This document shows positions 36,801 to 50,530 of a stretch of 64,000 nucleotides of DNA, one piece after another. Position 1 is the stretch's first letter; each line of letters opens with the position of its first letter. This DNA comes from Takakia lepidozioides (lineage: Eukaryota > Plantae > Bryophyta): contig CM060731.1 of the NCBI GenBank assembly GCA_030704615.1, positions 40,362,001 to 40,426,000 on the forward strand. Direction: 5' to 3'. The notes beneath the pieces are model-generated. The model was given only the letters and a program-made list of their open reading frames with translations, was not told the DNA's origin and did not search any database. Made by a program: the position numbers and the translations under genes.

Positions 36801-37493
36801 CAGGCGGAGAGCCATCCAAGCACACTGCACCCGCCAACCGACGGAGCGGAGCCGGAAGCTTTAGGAGTACACAGTAAGAGAAAAGATTAGGAGGCAAGCA
36901 GAGGACATGACGATCAGTATTACGACTGAAGTTGCCGGAAGCTTAACTCCCCAAACATGAGCATTGACACCTTCCCGATCCGAAGAATAGTGATAACTGT
37001 CTCATCTACCAAGTGCGTTCAGCTGTTAGCCAAGAGAGTTAGATGTCTAGCTCCTAGGAATAACGTAATGTAATGCATGGCTTCCATGAGAATGCAGAAG
37101 GAACCCACTAGAGATCAGGTCATCTTCCCAGCATTGGCATGGGAGGTTCCGATGTACACCCAGATACGGGCATCCACACGGATCTCTATAGGGATCTGGA
37201 CTGATATTCATACCTGCACCACTATCCACCGCTTTCCCAAGCAGAGTAAGATCGACCATCAATGGTTTATGCTCCGCAGTCTGCCCGACGACCTCAAGAG
37301 GCAGCAGCTGGAAAAGGCGTTGCACTCTCTCGTGATTCCATGTTATGCTGGCGAGGGTCGTGAAGATAAACAGTGCGACGACTACGGTAATCCCTCCTCT
37401 ACTCATAGGCCTTCTCATTTTCCCGCCATTCTCATGCTTAGGAACACGATGATGAGATTGCGACAAGTCTCTCTGAGGTGCAGTCGAGCTCAT
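30850..37493 (-). CDS. PAE: Pectin acetylesterase (CE13/Notum-like), 12 exons, apparently intact
   Basis: Exons 37493-37214, 36824-36742, 36603-36477, 35316-35231, 34297-34211, 33721-33597, 33158-33098, 32927-32874, 31922-31845, 31603-31498, 31375-31230 and 31023-30850. Motifs [70 protein letters not shown]-terminal hydrophobic anchor. Confidence 0.95.
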
Positions 37494-38840
37494 GGCGAAG
37501 ATTGACCGATGAACCAAAATACAGAGAATCAATTGAGATAGTAGAATTTACTATATCCAATTCGAAACTCTCTTCACAACAGATACTGCTCATTTTTCTC
37601 AGAACAAGCTCGACTTCCCTCCGCACAACCCAGCATTGCTACCTCCACTTCTTCCCCAGCACTCTCTCCCAGTTGCTTACGCAGTTCTCACGAGGCTAAC
37701 TGCCCATGACACTTCTTTTCGCACTGCACACAGAAATATATCTTCTCCAATATCATGTGTTGCGTATGCAGTTTTTGTAGACCTGATTTCCTCATCATGT
37801 ACTCCATCTTCAGATCCTCCTGTAGTCTTGCATTTCAGCCCATTTCAGTAAATATCAACAGAGTCGATTCTAGTATTTGGAGATGAAGTCACTTTACAGA
37901 TAGCTTTTAGACCCACATTCAGTAAAGTTTGGCCTGCACGTCCTGACAAACAGAAGGGTACCAGCACGTTGAAGGCTTATATGCCGTGGCCGGACTTGGA
38001 ATCTACTCCGATTGGGTGCTTCCAATGGACCCACTTTCATGCGCCTTAGAGCTTGTGTAGATCTCAGTCAGTTTGGGTGGACGTGATCTTCAACAAGTTG
38101 CTCGTAGCTCAGTTCTTCATTTGTGTCCTATTTGTCCTATTTCTTAGTGACAAAGGATACAGTAGGGTCGCTCTCTTGATCTTCTACAGATGCTTTTTGT
38201 TCATCACGACCAACTTTGTCAGTGTTGCAAAGCATGGGTTGGAGCCTAAGAGTTACCAAGCTCTCGCTTCAGAATGGATTCCATGAACTGGATGGTGAGA
38301 GTAAGGAATGTTACTTACATGGCAGAGAAATAAGAAAGCAATGGCAGATGTGTAATATCCAATGTGATCTCATGAGAACATTTCTCAAGGAGGAAATCAA
38401 AAGAGAGAAAGAGAACATTTGCAATTGGCCCATATGACTTAGCAGTGATACAATGAGCTCGTTGATCCACTGCCATAACCTTCTCCATTACATGGTATTC
38501 ACAGTGTATTCCAGATTTTATTCTCTCGCACAGGTAGGTACCCCGCGGAGTTGTAAGGTCACTATGTTGCACATTTTCCAAGCCATCATGTAATAATAAT
38601 CCAGTCAGATAAGCGTTTACCTGACCGGGTGAGTTCAATGTGTAACTGCTGTCTAATTTCAAAATTTGTATCCCTCCCCTAAAGGGATAATCCATGTTTT
38701 GGCCGTACCTACTTGAAGTAGAAAAGGGACACCTCCGTTACTTAAATCTCTCATGGATGAGAATCCTGAAAGCTGATTGAAAGGATCTCTCTTCTCTGCA
38801 ATAAACAGATCCCCTTAGGCTTTGCCAAAATGGCGATGAC

Positions 38841-41800
38841 CTAACAATGCTGACAGTTCTCATCAGAGCAATGCATAGTAGTTGCTCTGTCGATTGCCTT
38901 CATTAGTGTGGCTCTCTCTTGCCGCCAAAGCTTCAAAGCCATAGCCAACTCTTTCTTGATAGGGGTCCTGGTATTCTTTCCCTGCGGATCCTCACCCAAG
39001 CCTAGCTTTAATCCCTGCGGGAAGTCCGCATTCGACAGCCCATTGCTCTTGTCGAAATCAATTTGAAAGTCAGCAATGCGTGCACGGCATATCTCTGCCA
39101 ACAAGGCAGCCTCAGCTGGGAAAAGCAACTCTCCAAGCACTCTCTCATAGGACTCTTGGAGTTCACTAGAAACTTCACCATTCATTTGGTTTGAAGGGAC
39201 TCCACTCTGATGCTCTCCTGTTTCACTGCCACCTTCTGGTGCTTCCTCTGGGGGTGCAGCTGAGGGTGTTTGTGTAAAGGCTGCCCCACTAACTTCCTCA
39301 AGCTCGACCCTGTCTTGATTCTCTGAATTCCCCTCAAGTTCTGGTGAGGGAACAGCTGCTGCCATCTCTGTCACAGGCAGGGTCTCCATATGTGGTGTTG
39401 TAGGGATATCCCTGTTCTCTATCGTGTTGTCAAGGGTACCCGTGGATGTTTCCTCGTCTTTCTCACCTACATCATCTGAAAGCACTGCAGAATATCAGTT
39501 CTTCAACAAGGCCCATAGCCAACGTTGAGATTGGCAAGTGCAAGTGCAGGGTAAGGTAGTCTGTTCCAGAGGAGACAGACTCAATTGGCAGTAGCTGCTA
39601 TCAAAATCTGCTATCATCTTATATCCCACAAAACCCAATTACCTTTTGAATCCCTGATGGACTGAGGCTGAATTCCCTGGCCATTTGCCTGAGCTTTCTC
39701 TTCTGCCTCCCTAAGAGCTGCTTTGTACTGCAGGAAAGCTGCTGTCTGTTGGGTGCGTGATGCAATTGCAGCCCTCAAATTTTCGGTAACCACTGCAAGA
39801 TCATCCATAGCAGCCACTTTTATCCAAGTTGCAAGCTCTGGAGAGGGTGTGCCGTCATGGTAAAGCTCAAGCCAGCCAGATGCTGGCAGTTCTAACCACT
39901 TGAGGAGGGCCACCTGCATTGAATTCCACATGCTCCATTCGTTACCAGGAGTACTGGGAGGAGGAAAAGACAGTTGTCATGGACTTGCAATGACACATTG
40001 AGCGAGAACATACAAGCATCACAGTACACAGATGCCCTAACTTTTCACTACACGATGTTAACTCCCCTTGTTGGGTGAGGATCCCTTGTATGGAGTGCCT
40101 GAGCTCTCTTCAGTTCCCATCCCATTTGTAAAATTAAGCTTTACTCTAGCTGTACATATGCAAGTTGAGAGAGGAGAGAAGAACACCAAACATGCAAACC
40201 AAATGTTAGATAGAAAGACTCTGCACATGCTTAGATGATTTGTTAACGCACATCAATCAAGCTCCTTGGAGAACAATAAAGTCACAAGAAAGGGCATACC
40301 TTTTTGTGCTGAAGAGGATCGGAATGAGAAAGTTCCACTGGGACTCTACAAGACCCACCCAGAGTATGGCTATCAGCTCTTCAATCAGACAGTCACAAGT
40401 AACCGGGAGAGAGCAGAATAGACTGAGAGATAGAATAAGGTCAGCTTTAATTACAGGGCCAGAAGAGGTGAAGAGATGCTTTAGAATGGCAACTAGCCAA
40501 AGAGAAGTTTCAGGAGAAGGTCACACTACGAATAGCCTATAGGATCAAAAGATTCATTTTCAAAGTGATAATGCTCAAGACACACCAGGACTGCGTCCTT
40601 ACTTTCAAGATCTAGGTCAAGAAGTCCCTATCCAATCAGCTGGGTTGAACATTAAGTGAAGGGTACTTTAAGTGAAGATCATGGGAGAAAGTGGAACTAG
40701 AGAGGCAGGAGGGAGAAGATGGTATGGTAAAAGAAGCCTCTGAAGTCAACAAGCGGAAAAGATAAAAAAAAGGAAAATCCACACAGCAACCAGCGTGGAA
40801 TGCACCTCAAAATTTTAAAAATGGGAGGTGGGGCACATTAAAATTCCCCTAGACACAAGTATGATCAGCCATTACATGTTCACTTACTTGATTCTATCCT
40901 TAGAGTTATGATCAGGAACAAAACCCGAATAGAGCAGAAGAGCGGAGTTTGGGCGATTTCCATAAGATATGAACACCTACAGTGGCAAAAAATTAGCGTC
41001 AAAACTCCTAACAAGAAAAACACTCCCTATGTGGACCTAGATGGCTCGTCAGAAGGAACCAGATCGAACAACTTGTCTTGAGACCAATGAGACTCAGATT
41101 TAGAAGAGACATGAATACACTTTCCTCCTCCCCAGAGACTTCCTGATGAAATGACAGGTTTGTCATTTCATCACTCTGAATGATCTGCGCATATTGATGG
41201 GATTGATCAACTGACTGATTGACCCTTCCTACTATTTTGCCCAACTCCTTCCATGCAGTGCTGGAATCAACAATAGCTTTCTACGGCTATGACCATCCCA
41301 GCCTTTCAGTAACACTTTACTCCTTACAGCTATATTCTCGTTCTGTTTGGATTGTCTTATGCACTTCTGGGCTTAGGTTGTCTGCAATATTTCAGAGATC
41401 TCATGTTCTTATTGAGCTACTGAGGAGGCAATATTTATTGTGGGTCACCCAGGATTGTGACCTGCTCCAGGGCAAGGCCCGGAATCCCAGGTGACCCATA
41501 TTTCTGGACTTAACTCTATGAGGCTGCTCTGATGTACATCTGATGCACCACCACCTGCTGCAGCAGGTCAACATGGTTCATGGGTTTTTCAGGGCGACCT
41601 GTGCCAACAAACCAACTCAGGGTCAACAAACTACTGCTGGAGGTCAGTGTACTAAGTCTATTTAGCCACTACTAGACCAGATTCCTAATATGTTAGGTGA
41701 CCGAATATCTGGGCAAGAGATATCAGGCCAATCGGGACATGTCCCTTGACCAGCCGTAGGAAGGATTATTTTAATCCACAACAACTATCCTGAGGAGGAT

Positions 41801-44800
41801 GTCATAGCGAAGATTCACAAGAGAAATGTTGAACTTATCCTCCAGGGACACATCCAACTAAAATGTTTCCTTAAAGGTGCATGCTCACAATCCACCAAGG
41901 GTTCCCATGCTTTTGCCTCAATCTATCCGAGTTTTTGAACATCCTCAAAGCACCTGGAGGCAATGGGGTATAGGTTACCTGCTCGTCCGCCTGGAATTGC
42001 CGTTTGGCTGTGAGCTCCATGTGTTGTTGTGTTACATCAAAATGGCATGTTATTTCCCCTTCCTTCAAAAAGGACGAAAACCCATCAACAAAAGAACTAA
42101 TTATGTTCTGAAAGACCTAAGCTCCTGATTCACCCACAGCAGTTCCCCAAATCACAAAGACTCTTTGGAGATGCACTCTTTTTCTGCCCACATTTCACAG
42201 TGCATGTTCACCACAGGTATTTCCAGAGAGGGCTAGACAGGACTTGGTAAATAGATGTTGTCCTTCGAAAAAATCTGGAAACTGTAGGAGCCGAGGGCCG
42301 TTGACTCCCAGTGGAAGGCAGGTGTTAGAGTCTCTTCTATAGCGAGTGCCCAGGTTAACCTCACCTCGTGGTTGAACATGTCCAGCAGAGGAATGAGTGC
42401 CAGCGCCTGCCCCATCTCCATGTCAGGCGTTCCTGGGATTGGGTTCTGCCTTGTCATCACAACCTACGTTCCAAGACAACAACATCAGGCATGCATTCAA
42501 CAAATAGCAGGTCACAAAAAGGATCCTTTGACCCTAAATACTGCCCAGTGTTTCAGAGAATCACATTATGTGCACAGATATGAGAAATGAAATGAAATGG
42601 TACTTTTATGAGAGAAAGGAACAAAAGAAGCCATCCAGAAACCACAATTGTTGCACAGAGAATGATTAGCTGCTAAAAAGTGGGTGGCAGAATGCTAGGG
42701 AAAACTAAATGATGCTCTGTCTTGGCTCGTTCTCAAGGTCTGCAACCTTGGCATTTGACATATTCATAATGCTGGTAAGCGCAGGGTATTTGAAACCAGA
42801 GTTTTTGACATAAACGAACCCAGCAGGTAAACATAAACATGTGAGAATCAGGTAGGACTGGTCTCTACTTCTTGGCTTTTATTCATTGGACAACCACTTT
42901 ACACATCCTGAATAGAATCCGAAAGATTAAGAAACCAGAAGGGAGAAACCCAGCACTCACTGAGGCAGCCCAGCGAAATTCAGTCCATGTAAACCATGCG
43001 CATGCCTGGTTGATGGGGGGAGAGTGCTCCCGCAGCTGCCGGAGCAGCGAGCGAATGTGGGCATATTGGCGTGCATAATTCCTTAAAGCCTTATGCATCT
43101 CAATCAACGCCTGAATCACCACTGATACCATTAAAAATATACCAAAAGAAGCACGAAACCCTTTTGGGCATTCAACTCCGACTTGCTATCCCTCTCCCAA
43201 ACTGAGCACGAGACTGGCAAATAAGACATTAGCATCTCCACACACTCATCTGTTTGTCCATCTTTCATTAGCTTGTGTCTGTTTCTGTTGGTCATCAGTT
43301 TTGTTTGTGGCTGCCAGGTTTGCAAATGAACCTGTTGGATTGCAGACTCTCTCTCTCTCTCTCTTTTCTGGATGTTCTACTGTCCATGGGCCCTTGGGGC
43401 TCCTATGGCATTATTATCATGTGTAGAGACGCAGATCTCTGTGATAGAGTTGGACTACAACAAGGAGCATGGTTGGTGTAAACTCATCGTTGGCATGACA
43501 ATTGATGAGCTTACGACCGAGGAGAATGAGCCGGAGGGCTTAGGGGATGAGAGGGAGGATAAGCAGGTCAAGGGCTCCTCCGGATCTGATAGTGAGGATG
43601 ACGACTCCGAGGACTCCAGGTTGTTGGATGAGGAGACCGATACAGAGGCCTCAGTTGAGAGTGAGTGATCATGAGAGGGGTACTTTGGAGGCCCTAATGC
43701 ATGTTTTTCTTCTTTTCGGTCTTTCCCCGATCCATGACGTTTCCTGGATCTCCGTGGATGTAACAAAATTCTATGCCAAATTTTGTGCTCGAGTGCTGGC
43801 CTCAAATCTGTTTTCGAGCATGATGCTATACCTGCTTGTACATCCAACACTGAATTCCAATAACCAGACTGTCGTTTGGCTGTGCGCGAGTCTTATATAC
43901 CCTGACGGGCTGAAACCCCACAACTGGCCCTGGGAGGATTCATAACCCATGCAGACATTAGAGGCATGTGGTCAATGAGACACCTCTCTCCATCACTCCA
44001 AAAGTTCAAACCCCCAACCTTGTACAGATGACGAAACTATGGGAGCGCAAATAAACTTACAGCAGTTCCCCGGAGTGCTTCAATTGTCTCCATGCTGCAA
44101 TAAGACAACACAACCAAGAGATCCATGCCTGCTTCAATCCTTTATGTATGGAAGTAAATGTCAATAGACATTACGGCCCGAATCACAACCTGACTTTACT
44201 TATTGTGGAGATCAAAACTTGAATGTGGGTGGGAACCTGAAGGTGAGAGGCATAATGAAACCATCGGTCCCTTCTGCCTTGCCCTCTGCTTGGCCCGGGA
44301 GTGATGCAATATATCCTGCCCACTTTGATGGGTCCTCCACTGCCCGATGCTGCCACCATATCCATAGACACAATCTTAGCACCCATCCAACATAGATCAC
44401 CCTGTAATCTCCTTGCCCTCCATACTGGACCCCGCTACTTGAGTGGCATGATAACAACGACCACTCTCACATCTGTCCCTTGTCACAGTGAAGTGTGACC
44501 AATGACCAAAGCCAAACTGTCACATACATGTGAGGTAGGCAATAGAAGTATAAGTTCTGGAATTAGAACTGTAGGTATGCCACACCTCAACCCCTAAATG
44601 TCCAAGTCCGTTTCTGCAAATCAGCCCAAAAACTGAACCTCCAGCCACAGAAAGCTTGATTACTTTCAGAAAATCAACATTCACAAAAACTGACCATACG
44701 GAAGATGATCTATTGTGGTTTGGTAATGTGAAAAATCCACCATATAAATTGGGAGACTATAACAATTTAGGCTAGGACAAAAAAACTTCCCAGCAGTTCA

Positions 44801-46449
44801 TTTGGGGTAAATAATCTGGTTTTCTTATCGAATTTCCTAAAATACAAGGTTTTCTCTCAGGAGTTTTTTGAGAGCACATTATTCACCAGATAACCTACCT
44901 TCCCACAAAATTTCAGAATATGAAGTTGCTTGTCATGAAGCTCCTTTGTCATGCGATAAAGATGGGCAGCCTAAAATTTTGCTACAGGCTCAATCCATGG
45001 AATTTAGCAATTTGCAACCGTGAGTGGGTAGATTATGATGTGAAGAAGTTTTCAAATAATAATTAGATGAAATCTGTTGGGTTTAGATGCATCAGGTCTC
45101 CTCTGCCCAAGAAACCACAAGAGTTCTCTCTAAGAGGGTGGTTAGAGAGGTGCTGTCTAAATGACCTGTGGCCTGGTGGGGCCCACTTTCCCTCGCCCTG
45201 AATCTACCCTCTGAGTGCACTAACCAGTGTTAGTGGCTGGCCAGCCCGGACCCACTCATTTTGGCTCAAAATGAGTGGGACGTGTATTCTTAGGGCCTTG
45301 TGAAAACTGGAAAAAAACTATTTTACAAATTTGACTACTGCCAGTGTGTTCTAAGCAAAATTCTGTACAATTTCGCTTCAGGAACCATCCAGATCAGAGT
45401 TAATCACAGGAAGTCATGGCTGGCCAAAAGTTAACCAGTGACCACAATGTGGTTGCTTGGGGGTTTATGGGTTAACTGCACCCAACCGGCTATCAGAATA
45501 GACTGTCACTGGTTGTACACAAACCCTCAGCAGTTTTGGGTTGAGTTTCAAACCCTTGTGGGTTACAACAGCAAGACAGCTCCAGGAGCATGAGTATCAC
45601 AATGCTGGTACGAGTCTATCATGTCAAATCTTAGAAGAAATTGTCAATGAGTGCACCTTCACTTACCTTTTCAAACAATAAATGGAGGATGAGAATCAAA
45701 GTTGGCATTTGCCGTATGATAGGATCAGCCCGATAGAGCAGCCCCACATCTTCCTGTTGCATAAACCAGAAAAGGTCAACTTACAAATATAAACCTTGAT
45801 GCTTTCACAGACACTCTCAAATAAGCCTGCACTGGCTGAGGAAGTACTAAGGTAAGATGCGGTTGTTAGAATGGTGCCAACATCACTTGCAATTTGGTCT
45901 TCATCGGTAATGACTACAATTTCACCAGTGTCCACCTGAACCTTTCTGGTATTTATAATTATGTTCTTCCTCTAGATCCAAAGATAAGATTCCAAAGAGG
46001 AAGATTTAATGTGACTATTGCTTGTAAAAGATACAAAAGGACAAGGAGTCTGTATGGCAAAAGACAAAAAGGAGCACACCTTTGAGCGAATGGCAGTGGC
46101 AGTGGTCATCATGGCTGTTGCCGGAACCACCGAGATAATCTCACCTCTCTCAAATCTCTTCGATGCCATCACTCCAGCCCCTTGAGGGAGCCCTCCCTCT
46201 AGTTTTATTCCATCTATCTGCATAAGTTCAGAATTGTTAGTTTCGTTTTCCACTTTGAAGTTTTCTCTCTCCCTCCTTTGTCCCTCTTTCATGGGAGGGA
46301 TGGCACCAGCACAGGACATTCACCTCGACGCCTTGCAGCTCTAGCCAATCCTGGAGGAGTTTCAATCGTGCGGTCACGTCAGGCAATGGCCGTTGACTCA
46401 CAAAGGGACGCTCCAGCTTTTGAATCTGACCCAACCCATCATCCTCCAT
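38841..46449 (-). CDS. SETD3-like SET-domain (actin-histidine N-methyltransferase-like) protein
   Basis: Exons approx. 46449-46324, 46217-46080, 45753-45667, 44349-44237, 44094-44061, 43110-42961, 42463-42365, 42062-41979, 40976-40888, ~39954-39643 and ~39484-38841. Motifs SKWAGYIASLP, RNYARQYAH, FRWAASVVMTRQNPIP, LALIPLLDMFNH, QVFISYGNRPN...LYSGF. The start codon is uncertain. Confidence 0.85.
44730..45035. repeat. Intronic copy of the dispersed repeat at 29660-29990 (inverted)
   Basis: Collinear reverse-complement similarity. Confidence 0.65.
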
Positions 46450-49400
46450 GAAAATCACAGCATTGGCTACCATTCAAATTGAGCAATTAAAACGAGATGA
46501 TGAACAAGGACTAACAACAGAGGAAGACATTTTTCTTAACAATCTTTCAACAAACTGCAAGTCGTTACAGCATCACGAGCAATGATGATCATGTGCAGAT
46601 CCTGATTGATGCCCGGACTCCAAACTAACTGATACCCAGGCAAGGGTGGAACATTACATTGTCAAATCCAGTACATAGGGGCTCTGAAATGTCTGGAGCT
46701 AGACACAGAAAGTTTCCTTGTAAAGGAGGCAGTACATAGCCTTCACAGGTCGAGGGGCACTACAAAAGGACCAGCATCATTTGTCTAAATAGATCATGAA
46801 ATATGCTGAAGGTTAACGCTTATGGGATAGTGTTGGTGTGACCTGGGTATGACATGGAAGAAGCCACTACAGTTCAGCAAGCCACACAATTCCCCAGTCC
46901 AACATTACAGAAGTTCAATCTTAGAATGACAGAGAATATCTACAAGATGACATGATGCCAACTGTGTCACCAAGGCCAAAGCAGCCAAAATCCCTGGATA
47001 AAAAGATGATGGATGGAGAAGTACCTGGAGTAAAAGACGATGGATCCCTCGGATGCTTTCAAGGTGAAAATCCACACTACGCCCATCCATCCCAGCCTGA
47101 GTGCGCCGCGCCAGGTCAGCCACCAATCCATCCAGCACATGCACTACAACCCCATGGATACCAATACACCTTAGGAGCCCAACACACTTTGTACAGAATC
47201 AACCCACCTCAATCCCCTCGTCCACGGGCCAAAACGAGGAAAAAGACTGTTTCATACCTTGTGTTGCCCCACAAGTCTATAGTGGACGGTAAACCCTGGA
47301 CTGTACTATGCTTGTAGCATGGAGTAATGCTATAAATTTTCATCAGGGATTGCCTTCAGAGTTACTTCAAGCCCATGGGAGACCACTAATTTGTAGGATA
47401 CCTCCCCTCTGCTATCTCAGACTCAATCAATGTGAAGCACACACTATCCTCCCAGCATTAGTGACTGAACCTTTTCTGTCTGCATCCATGGACTTCTTTC
47501 CACTTGACCAGCCTAATGTGAGTAATTTCTTCAATAATCTATCCGCGGAGTGAAGGTCATTTGATTGCAAGGACGTGACAGAATATATTCTCAAGCTAGA
47601 AAGAAGCTGTACCCGAGGAAGTAGAAAAAGGTGTAACACTTCCAATGCAAATCCAATGTTAATATGGTGGTTCCTTTTCCCCTTTGAGGAGCTTTATCTC
47701 CATGAAGTTCTTTCTCAGAACTTGACAACTCTCTCATGCCCAATCACATGGGACAACGATGCAGATTGCAAGATCTATTGCTGGTGGTTGCAAATTCACG
47801 TCATTCATATATACACACCTGTCTTGTCTTTCTTGCGCCTCTCGAGGGATGCCAGACCCAAGCCATTAGCCACCATCTTACTTTTGGGACCCATAGCGTC
47901 CGCTTCCCTGGCTTACACCCTGCCAGCCAACCCCATGTAGCTATGAAGTCTAGGTTACCCAATGCAAGTTCAAAAACACCAAGCAAGCCCATCAGGAAGA
48001 AAGTATATCACTTCAAACCTTGTGTATAAGGAAATAGTTTCCCGGAAGGACACTACGGATAAAAGCACGATGTATGGATGAACGTCACTAATGCCCACAG
48101 ACGGCCAAAAAGGCACCATGCAACAGTCTGAATAGATAGAGAGTCCCAGCAGCATGTATTGAAGCAACGTGGTTTAAGGGTTGCGACAAAAGACACCTTG
48201 GACAGTAAGATCCAAGGCCAAGCATGAAATGTGCTTCGTACCCAACCTTCTTCAAGGGCTAATCCTTCCAACATACATGGATGCCGAATACTTGATTGAA
48301 TGAAGTGCCTCAAATTTCAGCAGTCAAGACAGTGGCCACCAAGTTCCCACAGTGAAGTATGAAGAAGAGAGAAGAAGATATATATACTCCGTTCTCAATT
48401 AGAAGGGACGGCCTTGGTCCAATTGCTGGAACATTCCGTGTGAACAAGAAGACAATGCAATGGTGGCCGTCTGCTGGGCATCAAAGCCAGTGCAGGGCAG
48501 AAGAATGGTGGAATTTGTCGATGGTTTGCCTGTGAGAGGGTGCAGATGAATGTCTTGAGGCACAAGCCGGATGAAAAAGGCTCTGGTCTGTGATGGGTGA
48601 AATACTGCATACCCTCATGGAAGAGGGTGTAACTTTTTATCCCCAATCATCCATTATGTGTATATCTACTACATTCACATCCTGTCAAAAGTGTAGGCAA
48701 TTTGACCATTGCATTTGGGAGATCATTGATAGCAAAATAGTCTGCCCCAATTTGGAAATGTATTCCAGGCCTCTCCCCCGAAACGACTTCATCCAACGGG
48801 CCTCGGATGGAAATTCGGCGCCGTTTTTCCATCCAGGTGATGCATGGAAAAAATGGTTTGAGCACAAAATTCAAGTACCGAGTTGAATTTTTTCAGACAT
48901 AGCCCCTCCAATAGTCTGAATGTATGGCACCAACTGGACACTCTCCCCCAAAAATCAAGGTGGTCTTACAGCCATGATCCTGAATACAACATGCTGATAT
49001 GTGGACACGTGGCATCATAGGAGGGATTGGGGGTTAGGGTTAGTATTATTCAATGCCGAACAAAAATTTTAGGAGAAATGATATCCCAAACATGAAGAAA
49101 ATATGTCCACAAATAAGAGTGACCACTCAATACCACACCACCTCCGCTACGCCTTTGCTCACAAATGTACGAGACAATTAGGCAAGATCTGAAAAATCCC
49201 CACCATCCGATGTGACGGTTTGTTTTTACGACTTCATTGTGATAAAAGATAAATTTAGTTTTTATTGTTTTTGAATTGCGGGTTCAAATCCTTTTAGCCC
49301 CAATTTCACATTTTTCTTCGGTTAAGTGCTGCATGAATACAATTTTATGTTGCCACATGGAGCTTCCATAGCCGTTGAAATGGGGCCACTTGGACAAATC

Positions 49401-50399
49401 TGCAAGGTTTGGTGATTGGTCAACATGGGGGGTGGTCCCACTTCAACAGCCAACTTTCGCATTTTGCGTGGGGAGAATTTAGAAAGAGCCCAAGAGATTT
49501 TTGCGTCTGCATGCTGACCTCGAAAGAAGAAGAGAAAAGTGTTGGGCAGTTCTTAGTTTTTTACATAATTGGGATAGTTCTAGGACTCATTTCAGATTTA
49601 AGAGATCCACTGAGACCGGTTACTAGCATAATTTGAAATTTGAGACTCTCCAGATCTCAACTAAGAGAATTTGCAATCACCTATAAGGTTGTCAATCTAA
49701 TCATGATGACCCAAGAGAGACCTAAGGCTATCAACCCGAGTCTGTGCACCTATTTGCAATTGATTCAATCCCCCAAGACTTGGAGCGTAAAATATGGTGT
49801 CTCTTCATCCATGATTTAGGCCGAGGTTGGGTAGCGAGTGAGCACAAGCGAACGTACCGCAAATCCCTAAGATGCCTTCCAAATATTCTGCAGCGAAACG
49901 AAAATTGAGAAACTAAAAAAATTGCGAAACTATTTTTAACTGCTCACATAGGCCCTCACAGCAACACTTAAGAACAAGTAACCCCTATACATGATAAACA
50001 TGTTACCCTATAGGCGTGGGATTTCCTATGCTCAACCGATACTAGGCCCTTTCCATGATAGACTTGAGGAAAGGGCGTCGAGACTCCAAGAGACCTTGAA
50101 GGTTGTCATGTCCCATGGATAATTTACCGAGATGAAACTCTCACTCCCGAAACCACTACTTAATTTTAATTTCTCAATGCGAAATTGAAAGATAGATCAG
50201 ATAGTTTCAATATCGTTTTGGTGCAACTGCACCCTATAAATGCACCTTGCCTCAAAACATGTAACTCCTATGACCACGATTTAAAAACATACAACCCCCA
50301 TGACCATGGGTTGTGCTCATGCCGTGCTCACAGGATACCACCCCCCTGAAATAACCCTGAAAACCGTCAAAGATCCACCAAAGACCCAGCGAGATTATT

Positions 50400-50530
50400 T
50401 GATAAAAACCACTGGTTCTTTGAGGTTCTTACAATTAACCGGAACAGGTGGTACTTCCCATAAAAAAATATCCTGGAACAGGAGGTTCTTGATTATAAGA
50501 TTTTGTAAAAACCGGAACCGGAGGTTATGA
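50400..50530. repeat. Short degenerate tandem repeat (AACCGGAACCGGAGGTT-like), probable MITE subterminal remnant
   Basis: Three to four diverged copies of (C/T)GGAAC(A/C)GG(A/T)GGT. Confidence 0.4.

Noticed and set aside
37967-38095. TRIM or solo-LTR candidate (GTTGAAG...CTTCAACA)
   Set aside because: The 5' TG is imperfect, with no TSD and no second copy in the window.
43372-43945. Acidic ORF inside a SETD3-like intron
   Set aside because: No recognisable domain and it contains a stop; probably a transposon relic but unclassifiable by eye.
45795-45935. Extra SETD3-like exon (VDTGEIVVITDED...)
   Set aside because: It would leave a 41-nt intron, and the flanking exons join collinearly with SETD3 without it.
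47300-48900. Possible LINE remnant (also ~41000-41250)
   Set aside because: Only vague resemblance, with no RT or endonuclease motif I can verify.
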